DNA from: Raillietiella orientalis | Taxonomy: Eukaryota | Direction: 5' to 3' | Length of the DNA stretch: 64,000 nucleotides | Assembly (NCBI GenBank): GCA_036172245.1 | Contig: JAYWIR010000042.1 | Location: 496,001 to 560,000 of the forward strand | Position numbers and translations under genes: made by a program | The notes under the pieces: model-generated | What the model was told of the DNA's origin: nothing | Databases searched by the model: none | Seen by the model: the letters and a program-made list of their open reading frames with translations, nothing else | Shown: positions 11,801 to 23,700 of the stretch, in pieces | Layout of the letters: the number at the start of each line of letters is the position of its first letter | Position numbering within the stretch: position 1 is the first letter of the stretch

Positions 11801-13199
11801 GGTCAGCAAAGAACGCCTATTACTCTTCTGCAAAAAAGCGTGGTCGCCTTCTGCCATCTCATTGCAGCTGTCCCTCTTTATCGGTTGTAACCGGAACCTT
11901 TTCTCCTGCGCGTTGCCAAGGAGACCACGACCCTGTGCTTCCGTTTTGCTCTGAGGTCTTGCTTGCAAACTCCTGAACCTGTGCTTTCTGGTGCGTGCGT
12001 TTTCGGACAAGCGCCGTTCCCACCATAGCTTCGGAGAAAGTGTCTGTCCTCTTCAGCATTTCCTCTTTCCCCCGAGCTCCTGATCGCAGTTCCTCGGTGG
12101 AGAGCATTTGTCCTAGCTGTCAGTGCGGCAAGAAAGGCATTTTCTCACTGAATTTGGGTTCCACAGAGAGCGCAGTGCCGTTTGCCGACGAGACCCTAAC
12201 GGCAGGAGAAAAGTCAGTGGTCACCACTGGCTGCTGTGGACAGGATCAAAATGTGCAAAAATCCGACAGAAGACGTGCCGAATATTCATTGGAATAATGG
12301 AATCAGCACAACAACATGCTTTCGGCTTATCAATCGTGGGCCCGTTAGGGAACCATCTTCACGTTTTGGTGGCCTCAAAGTACCTCATATCGACAGTGAG
12401 ATCGAAGTTTAATCGAAACGTGATTTAAAGCTTCATACGGCTGCTGCCATCTTAGCTGTTTGGAGCCGATACATTAAAACACTGCTAGTGGATGTCAGCC
12501 TGGCGTTGCAACAAGTCTGTAGCAGATCATAACCACCTTTATCGGCAGATCCGAAGAGCACTTTGCTGAGAAAAATGCATTACCGAAACACTCTCTTAAG
12601 TCTATTCCTAAAAACCAATAAGGAATATCATTTCCGAACAGTTTGACTTTTTGTTACGAAAGCTCATGAATGAGCCCAAAGTGCCATTTCCGAGGGAATC
12701 TGGAAGATTTCGCATGAAGATGAGGTCGCCTCACGCTTCTGCTCCTCTGAAGATTACAGCCATCGGCTTTGGTTAGCCTCCCTGTCAGAATCAATGGCAC
12801 AGAAAAATATGATAGATAGCTCTAGATTCGACCTCCGGGTCCTCCTGGTGAAAGAGTGAAGAGTGGTTGACAAGGTGCTAGTGATTAGGAAGCTGAATTT
12901 TGAACATTGACTGTGGAACACTTCTCCCGAGTATCACGCTTAGTACTATCTAAATCGCTCCAGATCACTGGTAATGATTCACCGACTTTGCTTTTTCATC
13001 TAAGGTTACCTTGTTGATCTCTGAGCCGTTCTCGCTGCTTGCAAGTGGATACTGTAGCTTGATGTCGAGAGTGGTGGCCAAAAATTATTTCTTTCTCCAT
13101 TCCAAGAGACTGCAGGACAGAACGAACGATCCCAACTTTGAGGGAGCCGGTTCTGCTCCAGGCTAAAGATTGGCAATGGAAATTTCATTTTGCGTGTTT

Positions 13200-13960
13200 C
13201 AAACGGGATTCAGGATGTAAAGAAAAAAGGAGTAAGGGTTTATCGGCGTCGAAGATTACCCCAGCAAGCTCAAAAAGTCGCCACTTTGTTACAGCGGAGG
13301 TTTTCTGCTCCTTCTTTGGGAGGCTGCATCTTGGAGAAGATGATAGCAGCTACCTAGAACGATTGCAGATTCTCCACGACGTTGTTCGTTTGTGTTCAGT
13401 ATGCGCACGCACGTGTACATGCGTTTTCATCCTTGTACACTAAACTGGCTGGCAGACAAGCGAATCTCATGAGGTACTGGATTTTGCCGTTGCCATTTTC
13501 CGAGACAAAAGGCTCTCCCGCGGAAGATATTTGAAAACGGAAGTTGGCGATCCGATCCGAAGGAACGAAGTGTGCTCTTAACTCCATCCCAGCTACAAAA
13601 AAGACAGAGAGGATCATTCAGTAGTCACTGCCGCATTGATCTTCAGCCGCCGATGAGGTACTCATTTTCTTCAAGCAGCCTTCGGAAACATCACCGACCG
13701 TTGGCTTTTCGATATCGATTCCTGGCACTTTTATTAGCCCTGAAATTTATCGTTCCCACAAGTTGGCTCAATAAATTAGGGTGATCCTCAATTCCATCAG
13801 TTTCCTCCTTTCACTGAACCAGGTTGAGGCAACCATCGGCATTCATGGATTTCGCCGATAATCCCATCGTTCCGACGGAATATTTTTTAATGTCCCTATC
13901 GTTTTGGGATGCAGCGTAATTAATCATCTCATCCATGGATCCACTTACAGAATCGCGTCG
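13200..13960 (-). mobile_element. Very decayed mariner/Tc1-like transposase relic
   Basis: Fragmentary motifs in order across frames: MGLSAKS (approx. LSAxWVP), DHPNLLSQLVGT (approx. DPxFLxxIITGDE), MILSVFF..WDGV..HFVP (approx. KVMLxVFWDxxGV..FLP), PYSFFLY. Weak. Confidence 0.3.
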
Positions 13961-14633
13961 TGGACGATAGGTTCTAGACGTACGTGTATGTGCCCTCAAT
14001 GGAAAGTAGTCAAGCGAGGGAACGGTGCGAATGATAGAACACAAGAGATAGAGTTAGCTCCCGCCTTCCTAACGAAACTGAAAAATGGCAGGTGAAAATG
14101 CAGGAAGGTAGCAAAAGTTGCCGAAACGTTCCACGGCACTGCTAGCAGGCGGGAGAGCTGCAGCTTGAGAAATCACTGGGCCCCCCTCTCCCCTCCCCGA
14201 GTCTCCTGTCCGCTCCTGCCTTGTTCGAAGTGATGGAAAATCCACAGGGCCCACGAGTGGCACAGGTGAGACAAGTTCTGGCTTTCCTTTCATAGAGTGT
14301 GCTCGTACTCAAGTTTCCAGCAGCTGAGCCGGGAACCAAGGTAGTTGAGTCAGCTGCATCAAATTGCTTCCATCAGGTGTGTGCATCTCCGTGACGATCG
14401 AGAAAATTATCAAAGAAACGGGATGAAATTATCGATGATGTGTGCACGGGGCGGCTGGCTTCCTCCTTGAAAAATGCTACTGGGAGATTCTGAAGTTAAG
14501 AAAAAACAACTGTTATGAAATGTGTCGCACTGAAAGCACTATACGATTTCGGTATTCACCAAAAGTGAATCAACATGAGAAAATGTAGCTCATGATAATA
14601 ACAAAGCTTTTGAGTAGCTGACATTTATGAAGA

Positions 14634-14701
14634 ATGACTGTTACGTACGTAGGAGATTTGGCTACAAGCAGGAAAGGAGCATTCTTGAAGCTGCTAGTAA
14701 G
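14634..14701 (+). CDS. BEST: Bestrophin coding exon 1 (MTVTYVGDLATSRKGAFLKLLVR)
   Basis: Canonical bestrophin N-terminus; donor AG|GTACGT, phase 2. Confidence 0.9.
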
Positions 14702-17700
14702 GTACGTGCATGAGCGTTTTTTGATCCACGGCCTGCGAAACGGCTCCAGCATCCCGTGTTTCGCCACGCGCGGAAATCATCCTGTCCACTCGTCAGGGAA
14801 ATTCTCCGCAAAGACCTCGAGCGACGCTCGAGTGGCAATGGAAGGGCGGAAGCGCTCGCTGTTGTACGGGAAGATCCTCGTTTCCTCCGTTTAATTGCTT
14901 GAGGAATGTCCCGAGGACATCGCGGGAACATTGCCGGTTGCAAAAGATGAAGCATAAGGGTCTGAGACCATTTTTGCTTGCGATCCTCAGGCAAAGAAGC
15001 TCGCTTCTTGTCCACGGTCGTCTTTCGATCTTTCCACTCGTCTGAATAGCTGTCTGCATTTGTCGTTTTCTAACTCGGAGAGTCGCTAATGGCGACGTGC
15101 AAGGAAGACTTCCGAGCCTCTCCCCCTCTCCCCTCCTCGTCCTGCTGCACAGTTCTCCACCTCGCGTAGTTTAGCGATTTCCGAACACTTTGGACGACTA
15201 CCGATGCCTTCCGATCTTTCGGCGCGTTCCAAACGGTTCTCTTGCAAATATCTCGACCGTGCCGAGATCAGGATTCTCAAGCCTAAGGAAACCGCGTGAG
15301 AGGATGGGAGGTGAGCTGATGGCAGGAGGCATGGAGTCTGAAGAGGGTCGGTGGCAAGCCGAGGAACGCCTTGGAACCTGGAACGAGCGGGACGAACTTC
15401 CGAAAAATCGTGGAATCCTCCGCGCGGTATTCCTCATCTCGCGGGCGGATTCGGAAGAACGAGGACACTTTCGCGGTTTGCCAAACGATGCTCGCCAGGG
15501 TCCGGAATCTCTTCCCACTGCGCGGCGGGAATCCCGGAAGAATGCGGCGGTGCCGGCGGAATCGCCGCATGAAGCAGCTCTCAAAGCGGAAAAACCTCAG
15601 AGATCGATAGGGGAACCCGGGAGCAAAAGAAGAGATTCAGTCGGACACACCAACGAAGAGCGGATAGCGAAGGCAAGCTGCCTCGGGAAGACATGGACCG
15701 GAACCTGACGAAGCAAGTGGAACCGGGAGGGAAACGTTGCGAGTGGAGGTTCGGCGTGCTCCTTTGAGCACATCGACCGGCAGACGCCGCCGCGGTGTCT
15801 CCTGAAAGCATCTCTTGAAGACTGTGCTCTCAGCATCCAGCCCCGGTAAAACACCTTCAGGAAACCGCACTCATGGGGACCGCATGGCAGACACCGACGA
15901 AGAATCGAGAGACCGCAGATGCAGGAGGGGGAAGGCGAAATTAAGAGCGCGCCTTCCTAAATCCGCATTCCTTCATCCTGCAGTGCAAGGGTCTCCTGAT
16001 AGTGGTCGTAACTTTGGTCGTTCCCTGACAAGAAGAAGGAAAATCTGCCTTCGGTGACTCCGTGCTCTGGAAAAGGTCGAGGAGAGGGTCGTCGGCCGGG
16101 TCCACTTCCTCAATCTGCCATCTGAAATTGGTCAGCGAGCTGCGCCTGCCTGTGGACAGTGGCTGTGCAAACCCCTTCGAAATCTCTAGGCAGACCTCAT
16201 GGAAGCATCATTTTTCTCAGGGGATGGGTCGCCATAGTTTAAAAGTGTCAACGCCCCCTGAATATTTGATCTTTGCCTCTCCAAAAACGAAAGCGAATAG
16301 TCAGATCGCGCCAGCTGCTGTAAAGTGCTTGGGCAGACAACGCTCCAGAGAGCCATGATGAACACCGCAGTACAGAGGAAATGGGATGAATGCTGAACGT
16401 AGGGAATCTGGAGCTGCCTAAAGGCAAGACCTTGATCGAAGGAGCGGAGGAAGCTCATCCAGCGGAGGAATGAAGTCCGTCCCAGGATGCAGCCCGAGAG
16501 AGGGAGATCACGCAAGCGAGAGAAAGGTAGAACGAACCAAGCTGATTCTGGAGGAAAGTAGGGCCGACGATCCGAAAGCCTCGTTGCCTCTGGACCGGAA
16601 AAAGCAGAAGATCGGAAGAGGCTTTTCGTTCAGAGAAGAGGCGGGTTCATAACTTCGGAAGAGCAGATCCGTTGCCATGAAGAGCAGCGACGGTGGCGGA
16701 AAAGCTATCTCAAGCAAACGGGAAAGTTCTCACCATGGCTCCAGTCTCATGAGACGGGAACGAATTTCGCGGGAGGAGGAAAAGGAAATGCGAAGGCGCC
16801 TCGAACGCCTCGCGGGAATTCCCACGGGGGATTGGGGGAGGAGGAATGCTCAGATGGAAAATTCTCCCCTCCCCGCCCCTCTCGGTAGCTGCAAAATCAA
16901 TTGGTTCCCCCAGACAACGGCGTCCCAGCTCTCTCCAGGTGAGCGTTTACCCGGTACCCGCATCTGAAAGGGATCGCTTCCATCCGTCACTGCGAACGAG
17001 ACTCGGGAGAGCCCCCGGGAGCAGGAGCAGGAGGCTGGCAGAAGACAATGAAAAGACCCGAAGGCGTGCTCGCGGACGAGGAGAGGGGAGGAAGCACTTG
17101 CCTCTTACCATCCTCCCCTCACCCTCCCTTTTCCCAGAAAACATACGTCTGCCCAGTTTGTGTGATCGGTAAACAGCCTTTTCCCCGGCTTCTCCTGCAG
17201 CTTCTCCAGGTCCAACCCAGCTGAGGGAAAGATCCAGAGCCCCGATAAATCATCTCCCTTTCTTCCCTGGCAGGGAAGGGAAAGAGGAGTGGAACGAGGA
17301 AGGAAAAAACACACACACACTCACACACACATACACACACACAGGGAGAGTGTATGTATGTGTGAGAGAGAGAAGAGATGCAAAACACCTCCTCCCCCTT
17401 TCTCCCAATTGGAGGATTCCAGCAGCCCCCTCAGGAAATCGTTGCCTCTCCAGCTGTCGCTCTCTCTGTAAGGCCGGTAACGATCTTTGTTCTCCTCTCG
17501 TTTCCCTTTGCGTTCCCCTCCTCCGGAGGGCCTTCGCGGCCTGCTCTTCCTTTTCGATCTCCTGCGAAGGGATCGCGCATGCTCTACACGGAGTCTGCGG
17601 GAGATGAAAAACTAAAAAAGAGGGAGGGGGTCGCTCGTGAGGATCTCAGATCCCGAGAGAGGGCAGAGCCTGCGTCTCTCTTCCGGGACGCGTCGATGAA

Positions 17701-20700
17701 AGGAGGGGGAACGGTCGCTGCCGGACTCTCATCGGACCAGCGGCGAATATCGGCACCTCTCCGTCTCTGATCTTTCCGGATGCACTGCCTCCCTCGGACC
17801 CGAAGATGCCCCTCTTCCGGAGGTGCACGGCGGAGCGCCGGCTCCCGCTCGCTCTCTGCCGCACATGCGACCCGGGAGCGGGGCTTACTACATAGCCGCC
17901 CCGGAGGCGACGGCGCAGGCCCCAGATGCGATGATCGGGGACGGCGGGTGATCCGCCGCCTCGCTCCGGGAGCACTCCGGTCGTGCGCCCAGGGCATCGG
18001 TGGCAGTAGGGGAAGAGGCGGCTTCTCTGGGGAATCGGAACGCGGTTCTCCGGGAGCCAGGTGTGCGGGATCGCCCGAGGAGCGGAGATCGGGTGCCGTG
18101 TGTTGCCCTACAGGCGTTCGGATAAGTGCAGCTCGCGCGACGTGGCAACCAGATGCCGCGCGATGCTTCAGCTATGCAAGTGCATGGGATGGATGAGGAG
18201 ATTAGACAGCATTGATGTATTATACTATGAGAAAGTGCGCCTGTGCAGAAAATTCATGGTTATAATTGGATGAGCATCGATGCGCGGCTTCCCTCTCTCT
18301 ATCCAGCGAAGCGCAAGTCGGGCTTCACCCTGGTCAGCCGGAAGGCCAATCGAGCTCTCCTGGCCACGGAGCTCTCGTTATGGGAAGACGAGATGGTTTA
18401 GTCCTCGTGGATCAGCGCTTCGGAAGAGAACTTCTGCGCCGATTAGTGAAGGGTTGGAGCAGCAGGTCACGCCTTGAGGGAGGGGGGGTTGCCTTCCAAG
18501 TCACCCCGCACGAGGACCGCTTCGCTTTCGGTGGGTCGCTGGAAAGCACCAGCGAATCCAACCCCCGATTTGGCCGAGTGGCCCCTGAAACGTGCAAACT
18601 TCGTGCCGCGAAGGGAAGGTTTTCTTCGCTTCCAGCAGCAAACGCTGTGAGGAAATTCGAGTGCCTGCGATCCTGTCAGAGAGGGGTTGAGGAAGCTGCT
18701 GGAACTGCTGCCACCAAGATGAATGAGCGGCACGAGTGGACGCGGCCAGAACGGAAGACCCAAAGCAAAGTAGAAGGAAAAAAAGAATGATAAGAGGGAG
18801 AAAGGAAGAAACCGGTTGAAACATGGCTAGAACCCACATCGGGAAGAGCAGAAGGACGTAGAGATCAGAAAAGAAGCCGTACTTCAAGCAGTGTGAGAGT
18901 GAGAAAAATGCATTTCTTAAGCTTCTGCGAAATATGAATTTCAGAGGGTTTTTTCTTCCTGTTGTCAAAGAAGCAAGGTTCTATTCCCTTGGGTATCATC
19001 TAGGAAGAAGGAAACGGGAGTATGATTCCGAGAGACGTCCCTGATGCACGAGCGAGACGTCTGCAAACTCGAATCTCTAGGAAAACTGAGTAGAGGGCTT
19101 CAAGTTCCACCAATAGAGTTCTGAAGAGCGACTTCCACAAGCGAATTCCAAGCAGCTCTTCCTGCTGCTGCAGGCTTGACGAGCACTCTGGAAATTGTTC
19201 TCTCGAGCTCTGCTCGGGATGTGCTTCAGATCAGGACGCGGTATAATCCTTGCATCCGTTTTCGAAAAACCACGCATGCCCGTGTGCTATGGAGGAATGA
19301 GAGTTAATCATACGGCTAGTGATTTCTGATGCTGCAGCTTGGAGACCTGAAAGCTGTTCTCTCAGTTAGCCTCATTAATTCCTCGGAGGCAGATCCGAGT
19401 TTGCAAATCTGTTTTCATGCATAAGGATCCTTTCAAAACAACCAAAGATGAAGTTCACCTTTGGCTTGTTCTAGAAAACCAGGAAGCACATCACACTTCT
19501 TTCTGAACGGGGACTTCACTCTCACTGTGGGAGCGTTAACAGAGCGCGCAAAGCTCAGGAGATCGGAAAACCTGAAGGTTCTCCGCCCTTTTCAGGGAAA
19601 AAAAAAATTGCCTGTATAACGGAAGAAGGCATTCCATGTGAGCAGGGAGACGCTTACATTTTTGCAATGCTCAGCGCAGAGATGGTTCCCCCCTGCTGTA
19701 AGCAGGAGCCATTTTGAACAGTTCCTGCAGTGCTGGTTCCGTACAGATACTGTTTGTTGTGAGCGATGCAAGAGCGAAAACAGTTGTGACAGTATGTCTT
19801 AGATTATTCCACGGTGCTCGGCTTCCACGCTCTGTGCCTAATGGTGATTTTCCGGAACGAATGTCGATCTCAATGGACGCACCTCAGCGCCTTTCTCAGG
19901 AGCAAGCACACCATTAGTCATGTATACAAATAGGAACGAAGAATCAGTTGATCCAGAGAGATCCCACAACACAGGAAAAAACAGAGAAAGCTGAAATGAC
20001 TTTCACGTTCTCTGCGCAACTGCCTAGGAAGCTAATGGCATAAGTCGACTAGCAGTGCGCTAAAACATTAAATTACATAAACATCTATTGAAAAATCCCT
20101 CGTGTTACTAACCAGTGCTGACGGTGGGTCAGATGAGATTCTCTCACACGGAAAACTAGAAAGCAGAGAGATTGAAGAGCAGTCTCATTAAAGAGAATGC
20201 ACTTACGTAAGGAGGAGAAAATCTGCGAGTGTATCGGTAGTTGCCGAGGGGAGAACAAAGAGAAGTGCCCATTCCCCAAGGGACCTTCTACTTCAAACGT
20301 TCTTTCCTCATACGAGACGCATCTCGAAAGTAAGAGCCGATCGGATATAAAGAAAGGACAAATGAGAGACACAGAAATGGATCCGTGCTTCTAAACACGT
20401 ACATCCCCATGCTATCATTCTACGTAGTCATTATTTTTTTCCAAACACTTTTGATACCGCGGAAGAAGCTTCTTGAAACCCTCAGCATAAATTTCCTCCA
20501 CCTCACTTTCCTCCGAATCTCTGAAATGCAAGCCAATTCTTCAGGTGCAGGAAGACGTGGTAGTCACTGGCAGCGAGGTCAAGACTGTGAGATGGGTGAT
20601 CCAAAAGTTCCCATTTGAATTTCTGAATTGTCTGGAGTGAGCGGACAGCATGCGTTGCCAAGGCGCGCGTTGTCATGAAGGAGAAGAACGATTCCTGATC

Positions 20701-23700
20701 TGAACAACATTCCACGTCGTCGGTCCACCTAAAGAACATCTTTTTAGTCCCACACGCTGCTGTCTGCACATTCCAGACAATTCGGAAATTCAAATGGGAA
20801 CTTTTTGATCACCCACCACACAGTCCTGACCAGTGACTACCACGTCTTCCTGCTCCTCCAGGAGTGGCTCAGCGATTCGAGGGGGGGAAGGGAGGAGTCT
20901 AAAGCTGCGGTGCTGCTGACCTGGCTCAGCTCCCAGGCGGCGGAATTTGCTGCAGACGGTTTCAAGAAGCTTCTTCCGCTGTATCAAGAGTGTTTGGAAA
21001 AAAAATGATGACTACGTAGAAAAATGGCATGGAGGTGTATGAGCTTAGAACTGCCAATGCATTGTTTTTTCTCTTATTTGTTCTTTCTTTATATCCGATC
21101 GGCCCTTACGTTTGAAATGCGCCTCGTATTTCCCACAAGACATATGCATCGAAGCTCTCCAGGATGCGTTTCAATGCACCTGATCTCAATCTTCCCAACT
21201 GCCACTCCTTCAGGTTTCACAAAACGGCTTTGGAAGCACTTTCAAACAGATGCAAATGCCCATTCCCTTTTTTTTTCCAGATGACAAATGCTTGAAAATC
21301 AACAAGGAGGATATTCTCTGGAGGAGGCACTGAGAGATGTGAATAGAAAATTTAATCCTAGTTGAGCCGCATCGCTATTCATCAATAACGTCACTTCTGA
21401 GAACTTTGAAACATACCAAAAGTAATCAAAGCTGCTGATCTTCCTACAGTGATGAAGTTGATGATTTAAACAATGGGGCGTGGTTTCTGTTTGATGAAAA
21501 ATGAAAAGGACCATGGATCTGTGTGGCTGATTTTAGATTCGGGAGATGCTGCCAGTTGGCATTGAAGGCGGAGGGCAGGAATTGGGAGAGCATATTTGGA
21601 CAATCTGGGTTGCATCTGCGAAATTTTGCCAGGTGAAATAAATCCCTGGAGAATTTTGCGATTCCCGTTTTTCAAGCGGGTGATAGGAATGAGCAAGAAG
21701 CGAAGAAGACGGAAGCACGTAAGAGCGCTTTAACAGAAAAAACTGCATTGCACCTCCGTCAGCCTCACACCAACGACAACAGGCGATGTAATTTGTGGAT
21801 GGCGTTCGTGGTCGCCACAGAGGTCAAACTGGCTTCTGAAACTCATCAGGCGGCTCACGCTTCTCCTCAAAATAAAATCCAGAGATTTTCAGTTACTTAT
21901 TGAAGGAAGGGAACAATGAAAAGAATCTTCTAGAAAGTGTGGGAAACCTCAGGAGCGTAGAAGATGATCACTGATGACTATGCACTTGGTTCAAAGGGAT
22001 TCCGTTACCAATCATAGCAGAGCAGCAGAGATGGAAAAGGCACATTGGAAAATTCTGAATTGCCAATACTCTAATTAAATGGCATGATAAACATCTTCAT
22101 AGCTCAGCTCAGCTGAGAGGACAACCACGTCATTTTCCTGGACAATAATAATTCATATCTCAGCTGTCCAGCCACTGGAAAAAATTGCTCTTAATGAACA
22201 GATGGTCAGGAGAGCTAGAGAGACCACAAGCAGTGATTTCGTACGAAACACAAGACACTACTTGACAGAGTTCCATTGAAACAGTCCAGCTGAAATAAAG
22301 TGTTGGCTGCGTTCACTTTGGTGAAGACAAGGAATTGCATCCCAGAAATGGATCAGGAAATCAGGTAAAGGCAGAATTCATCACCTCTGATCATGGATAA
22401 TGAGTCGAATCGAAGGCAGTCTATGGCAATTCGTGTCATATGAACTCTCAAGTTGCATCCATGATCAAGCATCCCACCCTGCTTTCAGACCCGAATAAGA
22501 TTCCAATGGATGTTGGGAAAAAAAATCTCGGCATTCCGAGTCCACGAAACTGACCGTCATGATCATCATCAGTGCCTTGGATCCACGGAGAGTCTCGCAG
22601 AAAGGAACCTGGAGGTGCTGGTTTTTTTAAAGAGCGTGGGCAGCCCACTCCCGAGCAGCCAGATGAAAACGTGGAACAATTCCACACCCTTTCTTGCAAT
22701 CCCCTGCCGCCCTTTTGTAGCTCTCTTGTGCGCTCTTTCTGCGGGACGCTGAAAGGCCTTGTCTTCTGCATTCGTAGAAGACTCACGATGAGTGCGAAAT
22801 CTCAACGGCAGACTCCTGCTCTGCGCAGCACGGCAAATGGGCTTGTTCATAAAATTGCCGCTTCCTCAAGGAGAAGGAAAGCTCCCGATTGCATGTTTCT
22901 GCTTTAATTCCTTATCCCTGAAACTGAAGGACGGACCCCGTGACGTTCGCCTGCCCCTCGCTTCTCAACCGAGGACTTGGTTGCTTCTTCCCGCTTCATC
23001 GCGGTTTTCACTACGCAGATGCTCGTGCGCGAGCGCGGACTGGCCACAGGATGATGGAGTTGCCACCGCTAGGGAAACAAGAAAGCTGCTCCCAATCACA
23101 CTCCTTTGTCTTTCCTGCATGCCCACTTAGTTTCCAAGAATCATGAACATAATAGACTCGAGGGAAGCTGCGAAATAAATTTATCCGTGAGAGTCGCAGA
23201 GGACTTCTTGCCAAGCAGTGGTGCTCGTTCTAAAAGAAAACGCTTTCGCTGGTCTTTTGCTTCGTTCTTTTGTGACTGTTAGGCTTTTTTTTTTCCTTTC
23301 TTTCTTTGGTAAGTTTTCTATTCCGCAGAAACAGTGAGGGGAGAAATGGGGGGAACAGAGGAGTACAATGAGAATTTCAAAACATCAATGGCTTTCTATT
23401 TCCAGATGGCGCGCGAGTGTGTACAAGGTCATGTGGCCGGAGTTGACCGTATTCCTGATTATTTATTATTTGCTCCGATTGCTGTACTCTTTCGGTCTGG
23501 ATGAATCTCAGAAGCGGTAAGGATTTGGGTTCAAATTCACCCGATTCTGCGGGTCCCCTTCGTTCGCCCCGCTCTAAGCAGCGCCCAGCGGCATTCGACC
23601 GGACAAACCAACATCCCCGGCCCCTTTGGATTTCTTGTCCCCTAGTCGCGTCTTGGAAGTGCCTGCTCCGCCATCTCTCTGATCTCTCCAACGTTTCTCT

